Positions 1 to 52,273 of a stretch of DNA of 64,000 nt are shown here, piece after piece. The position numbers and the translations under genes are program-made. The stretch comes from Tubiluchus corallicola (taxonomy: Eukaryota; Animalia; Priapulida). The notes under the pieces are model-generated. The model was not told where the DNA came from, ran no database searches, and saw only the letters and a program-made list of their open reading frames with translations. Numbering within the stretch: position 1 is the first letter of the stretch; each line of letters starts with the position of its first letter. The stretch spans positions 150,249 through 214,248 of the forward strand of contig JAQGDQ010000262.1 of assembly GCA_030141605.1 (NCBI GenBank). The letters run 5' to 3'.

Positions 1-829
1 TATTTTCTTTCAAAATTTCAAAGAATAGGTTATTTTGACCTGCAGTTTAACATTGGGTCCGGTTTTACTTTAAATGAACAGTAATTTTATACTGTGGACG
101 TGATAAAGAACAATAACACTAGTCCCTTACTCAGAAACTCAACGGTCCCTTATGCTAAGGGCCTCTCGTCTCTGGTTCCTAAACTGCAACAGTTTGTTCG
201 TAATGCTCGTTGTTCTGTTGTTTCCCTTACAAACTTACTGTGGACGTTACAAGATACAAACAGCTGCTTGATAATTTTTTGGCAACCACTTCGTTCCCAA
301 ATGTTCGGACTTCTAATCTGTGGAATTCTACGTCAGAAAATAGTTTCCCCAAATATTAACCAAGATTCAGGATAAACGGCAATAGATACTTTCCATCACT
401 AGCAAAATAGTTATATTAATTCTATGTCATTTTGGACACGTGCATTATTCATATTTTTACCTTCTGTCTGAAGCCATTGCTTTGAGGTAGCCATACCCGT
501 GCTAAGGCAATTAGTATAAAACTTAAAAAAAGTTTTAATTAACTACGTCGTCTAGTCTCATGTTTCCTTTCAGTCTTCAAAGCTGTCATTGTGCTTGAAT
601 ATTACGCAGCATGCATTACACGAATACATCATACACGGTAATCTAGTCAACAGTTCAGTGATGATTTGCATTTTGAGACGATCTGCTTGGCGCTTTCATG
701 CACATATTAATTTTACAGGCAAGATTTTACTCAGCGCCATGCTAATCTCGTTATTTACGATCTCATGGCATTTAAAAGTGAGAGGAATTAACTTCAATTA
801 ACTCGAATTAGTGAAATGAGGCTGGGGAA

Positions 830-1028
830 AACTAGGCTGACAGACTGTAATAGTTAAGAGCTTCCACTGGAGAATTGTAGAGGTTTTATGATTTGAGTTA
901 GAAAAGTTGAAGAACTGTATTGTTCATAACTAGGCTGACAGACTGTAATAGTTAAGAGCTTCCACTGGAGAATTGTAGAGGTTTTATGATTTGAGTTAGA
1001 AAAGTTGAAGAACTGTATTGTTCATAAC
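830..1028. repeat. 98-bp perfect tandem duplication
   Basis: ACTAGGCTGACAG... starts at 831 and again at 929. Confidence 0.95.
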
Positions 1029-3371
1029 AAGACAGAAAGCCACCACAAAAGATAGTATCAATAAACATGACCCTGTAAAAACAGGCAACAGACAAATGCA
1101 AAATAAACAGATTTCTATCAAGAGGTTCTAAACCAGGCAGTCAAAATAGTTTTGCACGAAACACAGTACCAGATAGAAAAAACTGTAAAAGCTTTAACGA
1201 TTGTGGTTAGAAGTAGTACCACGTTAACGGTGTTATGAGAACAATGTATAAATTCAGAGAAATTCTGTCTCTAGGGCATCTGTCTCCAGTCATATTATGC
1301 GGTACAGTAGTTGTAACTAACAGCGGTGGTCATACTCAATGAAAGCGTTCTTATAATTGTAGCCTTAAGTACCAAGTCTTAAGTACAGAAGTTCTGTATA
1401 TAATTTCTGCATACGTGGATATGGTTTCTTTCTAGTCTATGATAAATCCCGTTTACATTATGAAATGATTTTACGGACGAGGAAAGTCAAACCTTATCCA
1501 GTAGGCCTATTTTCCACTGAGTGATGCCACATATTCCATATTCTGTAATGTAAACCGGTCATGTATCTGTACTGGATTCGTCTGCCCGGTTGGAAACTAT
1601 TAGGTCTAATAACAAATGAAAATGCTCTAGACTAACGCCAAATTAACAATCGAAAGTGAGACGGTATCGATTATAGTGTATTATACTGCAATTTTTATAA
1701 AGAAGTCCCTAGAGATAATTTAACGCAGCTAGGCCTTGCATTTACCGACCTGCTTGCCACAAACGCTTAGATAAGAAGGCATGAATTTAGTGCTCTGACT
1801 CTTCCCGTTTTCCAATTTTGATTAGTTTAGCTTTAGTCAGTATGTTTCCCTTACTTGAGACATTTACGTCACCTCGACTTGTTTCCGTCGGCCCCAAATC
1901 CAGGGTTGGGCTATCATTGCTACTTCACAGTGTGTAAATGACTAAATGGCTAGTTTATGAGGGCAGGAAAAAAATGTTTCATTTTTGAAAGTGATTCCCT
2001 AAAACAGCAACCGTCGCTATTAATCCAGATTCCCGCGTTCAGTGACTATTATATTTTATTTTGGGTGCTTGAAATTGGCTCCATGTGGTACCCGTCCTGC
2101 TGAATGCATTTCCTGCTAATATAAGTACAACGAACTTTTTTCTGTGAAGCCAAGCACTCGAAAAACCTGCAAATGTTACCTTGTTCCTTTCCTTCGCTTC
2201 ACTGAAGCTACAGATGAAGCCAGTGGTTACGCTTGAATACACTCTCACAGATTCTCAGCTGTCAACATTCTACTCAAGCTAACTAGCTCTTGTGTGGCAG
2301 ATCTCTATTGACTCACGAATCATCTTGTCCGTCATCAATGGTCCTTGACATGCGCTGACCCAGAAATGGCAGTCAAGGGACTGGTGTTTATTATCATGTA
2401 TATAGACCAGTAGCTGGTCAGCATCTCTTCTAACTGCCATCTAGTTGTAAACTAAATAGTCAGCAAATTAAAGCAAGATTATCTAGCATTTTCTCCAGCT
2501 ATGATAAACAAAACATTGCATGTGACAAAAGGCGTGAAAAGAGCCAATGACAATTTTTCCATGCAGTAACTAACGACATAATAATGAGGATTTTTGTAAA
2601 CGATTTTTACAACAAGACATCTAATTGGTGAACGTCGTGTTGTTGTTTTACGGTTATCGTGGATTCGTTATTATAATGAACCACCAAATACGGCATTTAA
2701 ACATTTATAATAATCAAACACTTCTAATAAACATATAATTAAACAACTTGATGACCCCAGCTCTAGTTAGCCTGTTGGATCCAAGCTATAGATAGCCTGA
2801 TTCCTATTGTGTGTTCCTCCGCTATAATATTTTTGTAGTTGTCGTGGAAATAACTTCCACGAGTGAAAATTACCCTAAAAAAATTTGGGTTTCCGCCATT
2901 GGATGGCGGGGGTAAGGGAGCAGACGATCGTTTTTAGCTTTGTTCTGGGTTTTCTTAATAAAAATAAAAATAATAAAATGTCATACTACAGCTTATTGTA
3001 ACTGTAGTTTACTAAGAAAATTACGCTACAATAGTTCTTAAAATGTTTGTCATAGATGTACTAGTTGCGACACAACAGTGATATTCAGATTTTCTGCATG
3101 CTCACTAATTAACTGAAATATTTTGCTGAAATGCATGGCACCGCAAACATGGTACCATGAAGTAGTAATGGCTGATAGCTGCTGTCTGCCAAGCTTCAAT
3201 TACCAATAAGTAAGTCAACAGTTCTACTTTCCACATAGAAGCCGTCATGCCTTTTGAGCTAAACGTAAGTGTTTTTCTCTCCTTTCAGGCGCGACCGTTC
3301 TTGTTACTTTGTACTAGTGGTATTTTACAATTTGATACTAGCTACTGAATTATCTGGAAAGAATATTAATT

Positions 3372-42324
<38,953 letters not shown>

Positions 42325-42649
42325 TTGTTAGACTTGATGAAACTCAGACTTGTTAAGGTCCTAAGGTCCTGAAGCTTCTCTTTGTTATCAAATGATTGTC
42401 ATCATGTAACTTATTGAGGATTGAAACATTTGGTACAAGGTTAGCGACTGTAAAAATCATTTGGATTTGGCAAAAGAATTAAAGGAGCTGGCGGATTAAA
42501 AAATACGGCTGGTGCAAACAAGAACGAATAAACGATTATAAGATGGATGTAAATGACGAAAACAAATTGAAAATGATGCACTGTAAGCCGTTACTTGAAA
42601 CAAGCATTAAAAAAGGAGCAGTGTAATTAGTGTAAAATTATTGAACGTA

Positions 42650-42803
42650 TTGCTGCTTTTGACACTCTGCTAAACAGTCAGTAAAAAGTTAGTACGACCA
42701 AGGCGATGTATTGAAAGTGTTGCCACATTGCTGCGTTTGACACTCTGCTAAACAGTCAGTAAAAAATAGTACGACCAAGGCGATGTATTGAAAGTGTTTC
42801 CAC
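42650..42803. repeat. About 78-bp tandem duplication in the putative Neto 3' UTR
   Basis: TTTGACACTCTGCTAAACAGTCAGTAAAAA...GTATTGAAAGTGTT occurs twice. Confidence 0.9.
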
Positions 42804-43659
42804 TTTTTATATGATTATGAACAGTGATCAACTGTAATCAAAACAGCAATGGCTTCTGATATGATACCGAATAGCAGTCAATCATGTACCCACCAAGGTC
42901 AAGTAATGAAAATTGCCATTTTTGTACTATTATAGTATAATACAGTATAGCATATGCATTATAGTGCCACGTATACATGTAGTACTGAATTTTAGTCGAA
43001 CAATTTCACTCTAAGGGCTAAGACTAATTTAAGTTGTGTCATCTTGTTTGATTGTAAAAGTCAGACGACCACTGTATTATCAGTGCTGAGAATTTGTAGC
43101 CTTCACAGCTGCTTAACTTAATAATCGAGTTAATTTTTTTAGAGCTCTCATTGCATTGTAGATTAGGAACAAAGTTCAATTCAATTCAATTGATTTATTT
43201 CGCAATGTACATATACATATGCATTACATATGCATCGATAATCAGTTTTTGTTGATACAAAATTATGATACAATTCATGAATTCTGCGCTAGAGACCCAA
43301 GAAGTTAGCTTATGCTAGGCCACTAGAATTAGTTCCGAGAAAAACTGCAATATATTGCTAATGGTTAGTTTAAGTTTGCTAAAATTGAAGTTTAGGAATC
43401 AAATCACGAGGAACAAGTTTGGTTTGACAACTTGTAGTCACAGCACGAACATAGCCATAGCATTGCACCGTATCTGGTTTAATGTTCAAAAGCAGGAATT
43501 CTTCAAAGCAAAAGGCATTGGCAAAGCAAAAACAAAATGTCCGGCGTTGTTAAAACTTGTGCATTTCCTCACAGTACAGATGCCATAGAATAAGTAATAA
43601 TTTAAAAAATGTTTTTTTATAGAATCAGCAAGTTCAGTATATTGATCAGTTTATGTGTA

Positions 43660-43880
43660 GGGAGGCCTGGGGACGTGGGGCGTGGGCCCAGAAAATTTCT
43701 GAACTGCTAGAACGCCGGAGAAGCATTTTCGAAGAGAAAATATGGAGTTATACAGTTGTTAAAGGAAAGAACAATTGAATGTTAGCATAAAGCAAAAAAA
43801 ATGTTACCTCGGCGCGAGGCCCCTGGAGGGTGAGCCCCGGGGAAGTATCCCCACTTCCCCCTCCCCAGAAATGGGCCCTG
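43660..43880. mobile_element. Partial relative of the 35079-35260 MITE
   Basis: Shares the right end TTACCTCGGCGCGAGGCCCCTGGAGGGTGAG...GAAATGGGCCCTG; left end not clear. Confidence 0.65.
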
Positions 43881-44926
43881 TGTGTAGGGATAGCATTAGT
43901 GCAGTCATTCGCACAATTCTCTTCTTGTGGTATGCCTAATGTTGTTACTATAATTAATGGATCCAACTTGTGTTCTCAGAATCCATATTCTCAAAAGCAC
44001 TTTCTAAAGAACAACGTAACTTTAGTGTGAAAATGCTGTTTCTTTAACGTTCTTATGCTGCATGCTCAAAGACTCAGTTTTATGTATATAGTCAAACATG
44101 TATTATTTATTAACCATATTTAATAAAAAAATAATAAATTTTGTTCAAACTTTCATAATTTTTATGATCTTGTTATCAACACAATTTTAACAGCCGCAGT
44201 TTCTAACTTAAATGATAAAAGATGTATACTAACTACAATAAAGTTATTATGTACATGTGTCAGCATTTGGTACGGCAGCAGCAAACAATTCAAAACAACA
44301 GCAACAGAAGCCACAATATTAAAATTACATTTAAATAAACTTTTCACTTTGATATAGTAAAAATATGCTACTACATGTATTGACATGTAGTAGGTACATT
44401 GACATGCATGTACCTTCAAATACTTATTACACTTACTACATCATCACAGATCTTGAATAAATATTTACATACTCGTATGTAAATCCACGTACGTAAAGTG
44501 CAAATATACAAAGTACCAACTAGATATTCATCTATTAAAATTAATGAAAAAGTCAAATTTTCATTTTTTACTACATCTATAACGTTTCTAAATATATTTT
44601 TGATACATTAAGTTTATTTATTTAGTAAAATAAGCTTTAGCAAAACATTTAGTTTCATTAAAATGATATTTATTGATTGATATTGGATATATAATAACCA
44701 GCAAAGCAATTACATATGAGCACACATACACAGTTCTTTAATTACCACAATAAACAAGAGCTCATAAATTAAGTTATAAGCTATGATGCTTTCAATAAAC
44801 ATTAGATATATTTTATTTGCCTATGCAGTCTCAGCACTTGCATGATGACATACTTTTACTTTTTGGAAATCGTAGACAAATCTAATAAAACTAACTATAT
44901 TGAAAAGATAAATCAGGGCAAAAGTA

Positions 44927-46050
44927 TTTCGTGTGGCTATATGTGTGTGTGTGCTTGGGAATGCACGTGTGTGAGCGTGCTTCGTGTGGCTATATTTGTG
45001 TGCGTGTGCTTGGGAATGCACGTGTGTGAGCGTGTTTCGTGTGGCTATATTTGTGTGCGTGTACTTGGGAATGCACGTGAGTGAGCGTGCTTTGTGTGGC
45101 TATATGTGTGTGCGTGTACTTGGGAATGCACGTGTGTGAGCGTGCTTCGTGTGGCTATATGTGTGTGCTTGGGAATGCACGTGTGTGAGCGTGCTTCGTG
45201 TGGCTATATGTGTGTGCTTGGGAATGCACGTGTGTGAGCGTGCTTCGTGTGGCTATATGTGTGTGCGTGTGCTTGAGAATGCACGTGTGTGAGCGTACTT
45301 CGTGTGGCTATATGTGTGTGCGTGTGCTTGGGAATGCACGTGTGTGAGCGTGCTTCATGTGGCTATATATGTGTGTGTGTGTGCTTGGGAATGCACGTGT
45401 GTGAGCGTGCTTCGTGTGGCTATATATGTGTGTGTGTGTGCTTGGGAATGCACGTGTGTGAGCGTGCTTCGTGTGGCTATATATGTGTGTGTGTGCTTGG
45501 GAATGCACGTGTGTGAGCGTGCTTCGTGTGGCTATATATGTGTGTGTGTGCTTGGTAATGCACGTGTGTGAGCGTGCTTCGTGTGGCTATATATGTGTGC
45601 GTGTTTGGGAATGCACGTGTGTGAGCGTGCTTCGTGTGGCTATATATGTGTGTGTGTGTTTGGGAATGCATGTATGAGCTGCTTCGTGTGGCTATATGTG
45701 TGTGTGTGTGTTTGGGAATGCACGTGTGTGAGCGTGCTTCGTGTGGCCATATATGTGTGTGTGTGTTTGGGAATGCACGTGTGTGAGCGTGCTTCGTGTG
45801 GCTATATATGTGTGTGTGTGCTTGGGAATGCACGTGTGTGAGCGTGCTTCGTGTGGCTATATATGTGTGCGTGTTTGGGAATGCACGTGTGTGAGCGTGC
45901 TTCGTGTGGCTATATATGTGTGCGTGTTTGGGAATGCACGTGTGTGAGCGTGCTTCGTGTGGCTATATATGTGTGCGTGTTTGGGAATGCACGTGTGTGA
46001 GCGTGCTTCGTGTGGCTATATATGTGTGTGTGTGTGTGCTTGGGAATGCG
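44927..46050. repeat. About 50-bp minisatellite with variable internal (GT)n
   Basis: Unit TTGGGAATGCACGTGTGTGAGCGTGCTTCGTGTGGCTATAT(AT)(GT)n. Confidence 0.95.
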
Positions 46051-46825
46051 TGCTGTTAGGACGATGACTTTCCGGGTGTGTAACAACTGTTTTTTTAATA
46101 TCTATTTTTTTATGTTATCTGAGTGCTTTGTAAAGCCTTATTAATTACACCGGCCGGAATGTAAAGCATTAGGTAACTCGCTCCTTGTGTTTAATCTCAG
46201 CACCCTAGCTGCTTTACAAGTAGATACCCAGTACAGCACAGACATCTGCAAAGCCTGTAGACTACAAGTTACTATTCCATTCTTCTACTGTTCGAATTAA
46301 CAGTTCTAACATCATTTCTAGTGACACGCACACTAACTTTTTGCAATTTTTCTGCATTTGCTCTCTTTTGTAAATTTTCAAATACATTTCTGTAGTTAAT
46401 AACAACAGTCGCCAAAAACACACATTGCATCAACAATAACAACATCACAGTGGAACAGACATCTTCAGACATTAATATGTAAGCATTTAACTAAAAATGT
46501 GTCAGCCTGTTAAACAGTGCACTTTTCTACACTGCGTACGTTCGCACCGTTACTGAATGACATGTCGGCATTTTAAAACAATGCAGAGATCGCCAAACAG
46601 TTCATTAAAGAGTAGACTATAAAGTACACGATGCCAGAAACTGTATCCGAGAATGATTACAGCACTGCTGAAGAAGAAAAGTAAGTAACATTTCAGTAAA
46701 CCAACTTACTGATGCTCAAATAGTGAGGGCACTTACTGCATAATGATCTATTTTGTTTGTCCTGAGACTGTGACATTATGCTCAACATACAGGTGTTCAC
46801 CAAGGAAGAATTCCTGTTCTTCTGG

Positions 46826-46973
46826 CTATGAAAGATCTTTACCAAAGCTTCTCCTAAGCCGTGCCTGTTCTGCGGCTGCATGCAGATGCACTGCATCAAA
46901 GTGTTTTAGTAAATCGTCAAAATTTATCATTTTTTTGTGACTTGATTCAGCATCTTTTTTCTTTGTTGAGGAC
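46826..46973 (-). CDS. VAC14: VAC14 terminal exon (...[14 protein letters not shown]...GKDLS*)
   Basis: tttgcag acceptor in phase 2; I-x-F-x-x-LL-x-HF motif of the VAC14 C-terminus. Confidence 0.85.
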
Positions 46974-49900
46974 CTGCAAAATTTAAAAAAAAACTAGCAC
47001 TGCAAATGTTTGCAATATTTGCTGTAATGTCTACGTTTAAAAAAGAATCCGAAATGCGAATTATTGGATTACTCACTTACTGAGTTTTTCTGCCCACCTG
47101 CCTGTCTCGATATATCGTTTAGAATGTCATTTAACGTTGTCATAGAATCTGTTTTATTATAAAAGAATCAGAGTACAAAGTTGCTCAATTATGACATCAC
47201 AATATAAAAACTGGCTAAAATCCAATTACATGAACAACAAAGAGAACAAGAACAATGAGATCGGCTTCACTGCAAAAGAAATCTGTTTATAAAGTTACAT
47301 CGCAAGTGAGTAACCCAAAGATCTAGCTTGGGGAAATTCAAAATTAGAAAGTGCGTATAAATAATTGTGCATTTACATTCTGGATGCCCTACAACTTGAA
47401 CTGCTTGAATCCTTTCACAAACAGCAATGACAGAACAACATTCCACCATGTCTGAAGGACTTCCAAAGCTGAAAGAGTGGAGAAGAGGAAGTGAAGTTCT
47501 TACAAATGTGGTACAAGTCCAGATTTGCGGTACAATTGAATGACTGGTAAGTGTGGGCAAATCTACTCATACCTGGCATGCATAGACCATAATAACAGAA
47601 TCACGAAATCTCATAATGACTTCTGAGGTAATGTAGTTGTTCACGTTCATAAAAGAAAGACAATTGTTGTGATTTAAAAATTCCCTTGCATGGCCAAGAG
47701 ACTTGGTTGTGAAGAATTAGGGTAACATCACATGCACACATCACGACATGAACATATAAGATACAGTAAAGGCTGAAGTCAACACACTCTTATGCCTTAG
47801 ACACCTACGCCATGAGAACATTTATTCCACACACACACACTATTTGTTTACTCAAAACCAGAGAACCGAAGCGAACTCAAGAAGCGCGTAGGCACAAAAT
47901 ATTAGGAGCATAGATATTACAAAAGGAACTTTGCGGCTGTAATATGAAGAAAAAATATTACTTTTTCTCTGCAACAGGTGGCACCGATGCTTGCACATTT
48001 GGAATGCATTGAAGACGATGAAGCAGTGTTCTAAATGCGTCGCTCTGTGGTAGTAACATGAGTAGACCATACAGACTTTTCATCAGATGCTGATTATTCT
48101 CGGTATCAAGTAGCTGCAGTCGTAAATCTGGTAAAGTTTAAGAATGTGGAATCGATTACGGCTGTTATTTAAACATGAGAATAAAACGTGTAAAAATGCA
48201 ACAAGAAACTAAGCCTGTAACACGCGTTGCTCAGGCAGTCAGAAAAAATATGAGACTATAGAACCCAGTCCTCAAAAGCCTTACCCAACAATTTCCCTGT
48301 TTTATAAACCGTTTTTATTAGGTGCATAAATGTGCTGATTTAAACTTGCATTGCCCCCTCTTTTCTGTTATAAATTGGTTTCCTTTTAAACAGGTCATGT
48401 GACCGGTCTTCTACCTGTACACTTACCTGTAGATTGGAGTAACTCAGGCATTCACACACTGCAGTTACAGATTGTTTCGCGTAATTCATTGATTCATTGT
48501 TATAATTTCATAATTACTCTTATAGAAGATTACCATGTAAGTTGATTTATTAATTTCTTAAATCTTGAACCTTTGTTTATTAAAAAGACTAGAGATTAGA
48601 TTTTATAATTTGCGTAAAACTTTGTTAAAGTTAATTAGATCAATTTGGTTTAGATTTCGCCATAAAATTGAGCAAAATTATATAAAATTATCTGATTTGT
48701 TTTCAGATTAAACGATACAAGCTACACAATTATGCTGATGGAGATTTTTTACATGAAGGTAGCACAAAAAATGGGTGAATTAATCATAATATGGAATATG
48801 TAATTTATTAAAGTATCAAACAAGTTGTTTACTACTATTACTAGGAAAAGGAAAGTGTTAATTATTAATTAATGAAAATTATTAAAGGAAAATGTTGACA
48901 TTGTGTTCGAAACAAACCATCAGTAGAAAATTGGTAATTTTTTTATCAAATTTTTCGATTTTTCAAAAAGACAGAGTGTTTTTACAGTAACTCGTGTGCT
49001 TTTAAATAGAAATGCAGCCTTATACAATTTTTACAAAGTTTACACTTAGACTACTCTTTGCAAAAGAGACTTCTTAGTCTCAAATCTTCTAAGTACTGCA
49101 TGACCACTGAGCACCTGATGTCAAACATAGGCTCTAGTACCAGAAATTTGGGTGCTACAGTGATCTGACCAAAAACAAACAAACAAAGAAACAAACAAAA
49201 AACAATTTTTTTAATTATATGAATCAGGTAATAGGAAATTTACACTTTCTTTCTTTGTCTCTTTAGCATTTTGACATTTTAGTATTGAGATTTGTGCATG
49301 TGTATGTGTAAGCGCTCATAGGATTTCAATATGCAGATTCAGATTCTGGGATCCCATGAAATGCCCTATTCCTGAGAAGCTCTTGTGGTACCCCAAAGGT
49401 GAATACATTGCCGTGATAATTTGCAGCCACACAAAACCCGTACAGCAACAATGACAATGATTTCGAGATAAGCAACTCTAGTACTTCATACTCTAGCAAG
49501 ATAAAGAGATTTCACGGAAAAAAGATATGTTATCGAAAACTATTTCAAGAAGATAATTGCCTTTTAATTGGAAAAAAACACAATAGAAGTTTTTGAAGTA
49601 CAAATTTCGTTAGATAATACTTATATAAATACTATAATTATAACTGATTAGAAATATTATTTTTATTTGAAAATGTTTGCTACTTGTTACTGATAAAATT
49701 TTTGGAGTTGCAATTGTGGTTCCACTGCTTTCCTTCTGTGTTTAAACTGTTGCTGGTACTGATGTAATGATTTCACAATAATATAATTTCGCATTACAAG
49801 CTGTGCAAAAGTTTCTCAACATTTTTAATGAAGAATTACTAATATAGATTGACGGAGATTTTTCTTTAAGGCGGTCTTTCAGTTGAAAATATATTAATAT

Positions 49901-52273
49901 TTATATTTTAGTGGCAAGTAAAGTGATATAAGGTATGGTTGGTTGGCATCCTTCTGTCTCGGAAGACAATGGAGTGTGCGTCAAGAGAGACAGTTATTGA
50001 TCACATTAATGGAGCTGGCCGTTGGGTCACTTGACCTCCTCCGCCCTCTAGCCGTTGGCTGCTTGTGCAGCTCCTCCGCCTCGTGTCGAGATACAGTGTT
50101 GGCATCCCGCAAACCTACAGCACCTGGTGTTCCTAGGCGGTCACCCATCCAAGTACTGACCAGGCTCTACGTTGCTTAACTTCGGCGATCAAACGAGAAC
50201 CGGTGTTTTCAATGTGATTTGGCCGTAGTCAAATATAAGGTATAAAGCTCCCTTTTCAGAAATACATCAAGATTCAGCCAAAAAAAGAAAATTTACTGTT
50301 ATACAAAAATACAAGTTCTTTATAGAAACTAATTTCTTGCTGATCACTCCATATAATATTATATTTATGATTTTCATGATCTGTGTATATAAATACTTAC
50401 AAGTAAAGATTGGTGACTCTATTAATTGAACCAGTTTATCGATTTCGGTCAAGAACTCGACCGTGACTTCCAAGTCACCACTATACTGCAAAGTTAGGGA
50501 AAGTATTGCACAGTACAATATATTACTAACGTTTGTATTATAGCAACAAAAAAAATTGAATTGAAAATTGAAGCAAACAAAGCAACTTTTAGAATTCAGC
50601 ACGAAAATAAACGACATAAACTCAACTAGCCTGTCCAGAAAAGTTCAGAGAGTGACCACTTAGAGCCTCCATCATTCGTTCATAAAAGGATACAATTTCT
50701 GTAAAAGTTGACTAGCATGATGATAATTTTGAGTGAGAAAGCACAGTGATACAGTTGCCACCGGGTTAAAGCACCAGGAACGATACAGACACACGAACAA
50801 GCTGCAACTATTCTAAATAAAAACGAAAGAGAATGTTTGATTATTACTTTTAAAAAGAATTTGCAATAACATTGATTAGTATGTACTGGCTGCTATAAAA
50901 TCTATCAACATTATTGTTTTTGCAGTTAAAACCTAACCTAACTTTGCTCCGTATTAGAATTTTGTAACCCACTGATTGCAAGATTTGTAATCTACTGATT
51001 GCAAGATTTGTAATCTACTGATTGTAAGATTTGTAATCTACTGATTGCAAGATTTGTAATCTACTGATTGTAAGATTTGTAATCTACTGATTGTAAGATT
51101 TGTAACCCACTGATTATGAGATTTGTAACACACTGATTGTGAGATTGGTAACCCACTGATTGTAAGATTTGTAATCTACTGATTGTAAGATTTGTAACCC
51201 ACTGATTGTAAGATTTGTAACCCACTGATTGCAAGATTTGTAACCCAGTGATTGCAAGATTTATAACCCACTGATTGTAAGTTTTGTAACCCACTGATTG
51301 TAAGATTTGTAACCTACTGATTGTAAGATTTGTAACCCACTGATTGCAAGATTTGTAACCCACTGATTGTAAGATTTGTAACACACTGATTGTGAGATTT
51401 GTAACCCACTGATTGTAAGATTTGTAACCCACTGATTGTAAGATTTGTAACCCACTGATTGAAAGATTTGTAACCCACTGGTTGTGAGATTTGTAACCCA
51501 CTGATTGTAAGATTTATAACCCACTGATTGCAAGATTTGTAACCCACTGATTGTAAGATTTGTAACCCACTGATTGTAAGATTTGTAACCCACTGATTGT
51601 GAGATTTGTAACCCACTGATTGTAAGATTTATAACCCACTGATTGTAAGATTTGTAACCCACTGATTGTAAGATTTGTAACCCACTGATTGCAAGATTTG
51701 TAACCCACTGATTGCAAGATTTGTAACCCACTGATTGTAAGATTTGTAACCCACTGATTGTAAGATTTGTAATCTACAGGTTGTAAGATTTGTAATCTAC
51801 TGATTGTAAGATTTGTAACACACTGATTGTAAGATTTGTAACCCACTGATTGTAAGATTTGTAACCCACTGATTGTAAGATTTGTAACCCACTGATTGTA
51901 AGATTTGTAACCCACTGATTGCAAGATTTGTAACCCACTGATTGCAAGATTTGTAACCCACTGATTGTAAGATTTGTAACCCACTGATTGTAAGATTTGT
52001 AACCCACTGATTGTAACATTTGTAATCTACTGCATGACTCTCCCCATGCAAGGAAGTAAAGTAGAACAAAAAATAAGTAAGAGAAGTTCTTAAAGTACTT
52101 CTGTTTTCAAATCTTTTAGCCTACTTCGCAGCTCGAATAGTTCCTTCGACGTAAGCAGGATGATGTTGAGTGTTTGCACCATGTGACTAGCGAACTTTAT
52201 ATCTTCTTCATGAAGTAGTATTTCCGCAAATGTCCTGTAGATGTCCTCAGCGCTCAGCAGGACACAGAGCTGC
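46826..52273 (-). CDS. VAC14: VAC14 (PIKfyve/FIG4 scaffold), last five exons: 52099-52273, 50694-50812, 50401-50480, 47962-48127, 46826-46973
   Basis: Translations [29 protein letters not shown]..., [60 protein letters not shown]...[14 protein letters not shown] and [13 protein letters not shown] match the VAC14 Fig4-binding C-terminus. Phases are consistent; TAG stop at 46826-46828. Confidence 0.95.
47962..48127 (-). CDS. VAC14: VAC14 exon ([44 protein letters not shown])
   Basis: Conserved motif; phases match neighbouring exons. Confidence 0.95.
49937..50230 (-). mobile_element. 5S rRNA-derived SINE (SINE3-type) with RTE-like 3' tail
   Basis: Full-length 5S-like head, body, tail TCTTCCGAGACAGAAGGATGCCAACC; TSD ATATAAGGTAT at 49926-49936 and 50233-50243. 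Confidence 0.85.
50111..50230 (-). rRNA. 5S rRNA-like sequence (SINE head or pseudogene rather than an rDNA array copy)
   Basis: Reverse complement GACTACGGCCAAATCAC...GAAGTTAAGC...AGTACTTGGATGGGTGACCGCCTAGGAACACCAGGTGCTGTAGGTTT, 120 nt with box A- and box C-like motifs. Confidence 0.85.
50401..50480 (-). CDS. VAC14: VAC14 exon ([26 protein letters not shown])
   Basis: Highly conserved VAC14 motif; GTAAGT donor. Confidence 0.95.
50481..50693 (-). other. U12-type (minor spliceosome) GT-AG intron in VAC14
   Basis: 5' site GTATCCTTT; branch-like TTTCCCTAAC about 12 nt before the TAG acceptor; no polypyrimidine tract. Confidence 0.9.
50694..50812 (-). CDS. VAC14: VAC14 exon ([39 protein letters not shown])
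   Basis: Conserved LYRSWCxNP motif; followed by a GTATCCTTT donor. Confidence 0.95.
50960..52032. repeat. 23-bp minisatellite, about 46 copies, filling most of a VAC14 intron
   Basis: Unit GATTTGTAACCCACTGATTGTAA. Confidence 0.96.
52099..52273 (-). CDS. VAC14: VAC14 exon ([12 protein letters not shown]...[14 protein letters not shown])
   Basis: Close match to recalled VAC14 sequence; ttttcag acceptor, phase 2 start. Confidence 0.95.

Noticed and set aside
47081-47148. Exon-like segment on - (aacag acceptor, GTAAGT donor) between the last two VAC14 exons
   Set aside because: In the required phase it reaches a stop within a few codons; the direct join of the flanking exons is already in frame.
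50111-50230. Functional 5S rRNA gene
   Set aside because: Single copy, no run of four or more T as terminator, continues into a retroposon body and is bounded by a TSD.
51061-52069. Repetitive ORFs ([10 protein letters not shown]...) and similar ORFs at 38.5-39.2, 60.7-61.3 and 61.8-62.5 kb
   Set aside because: Minisatellite or microsatellite translations; only 62497-62708 is a real exon.
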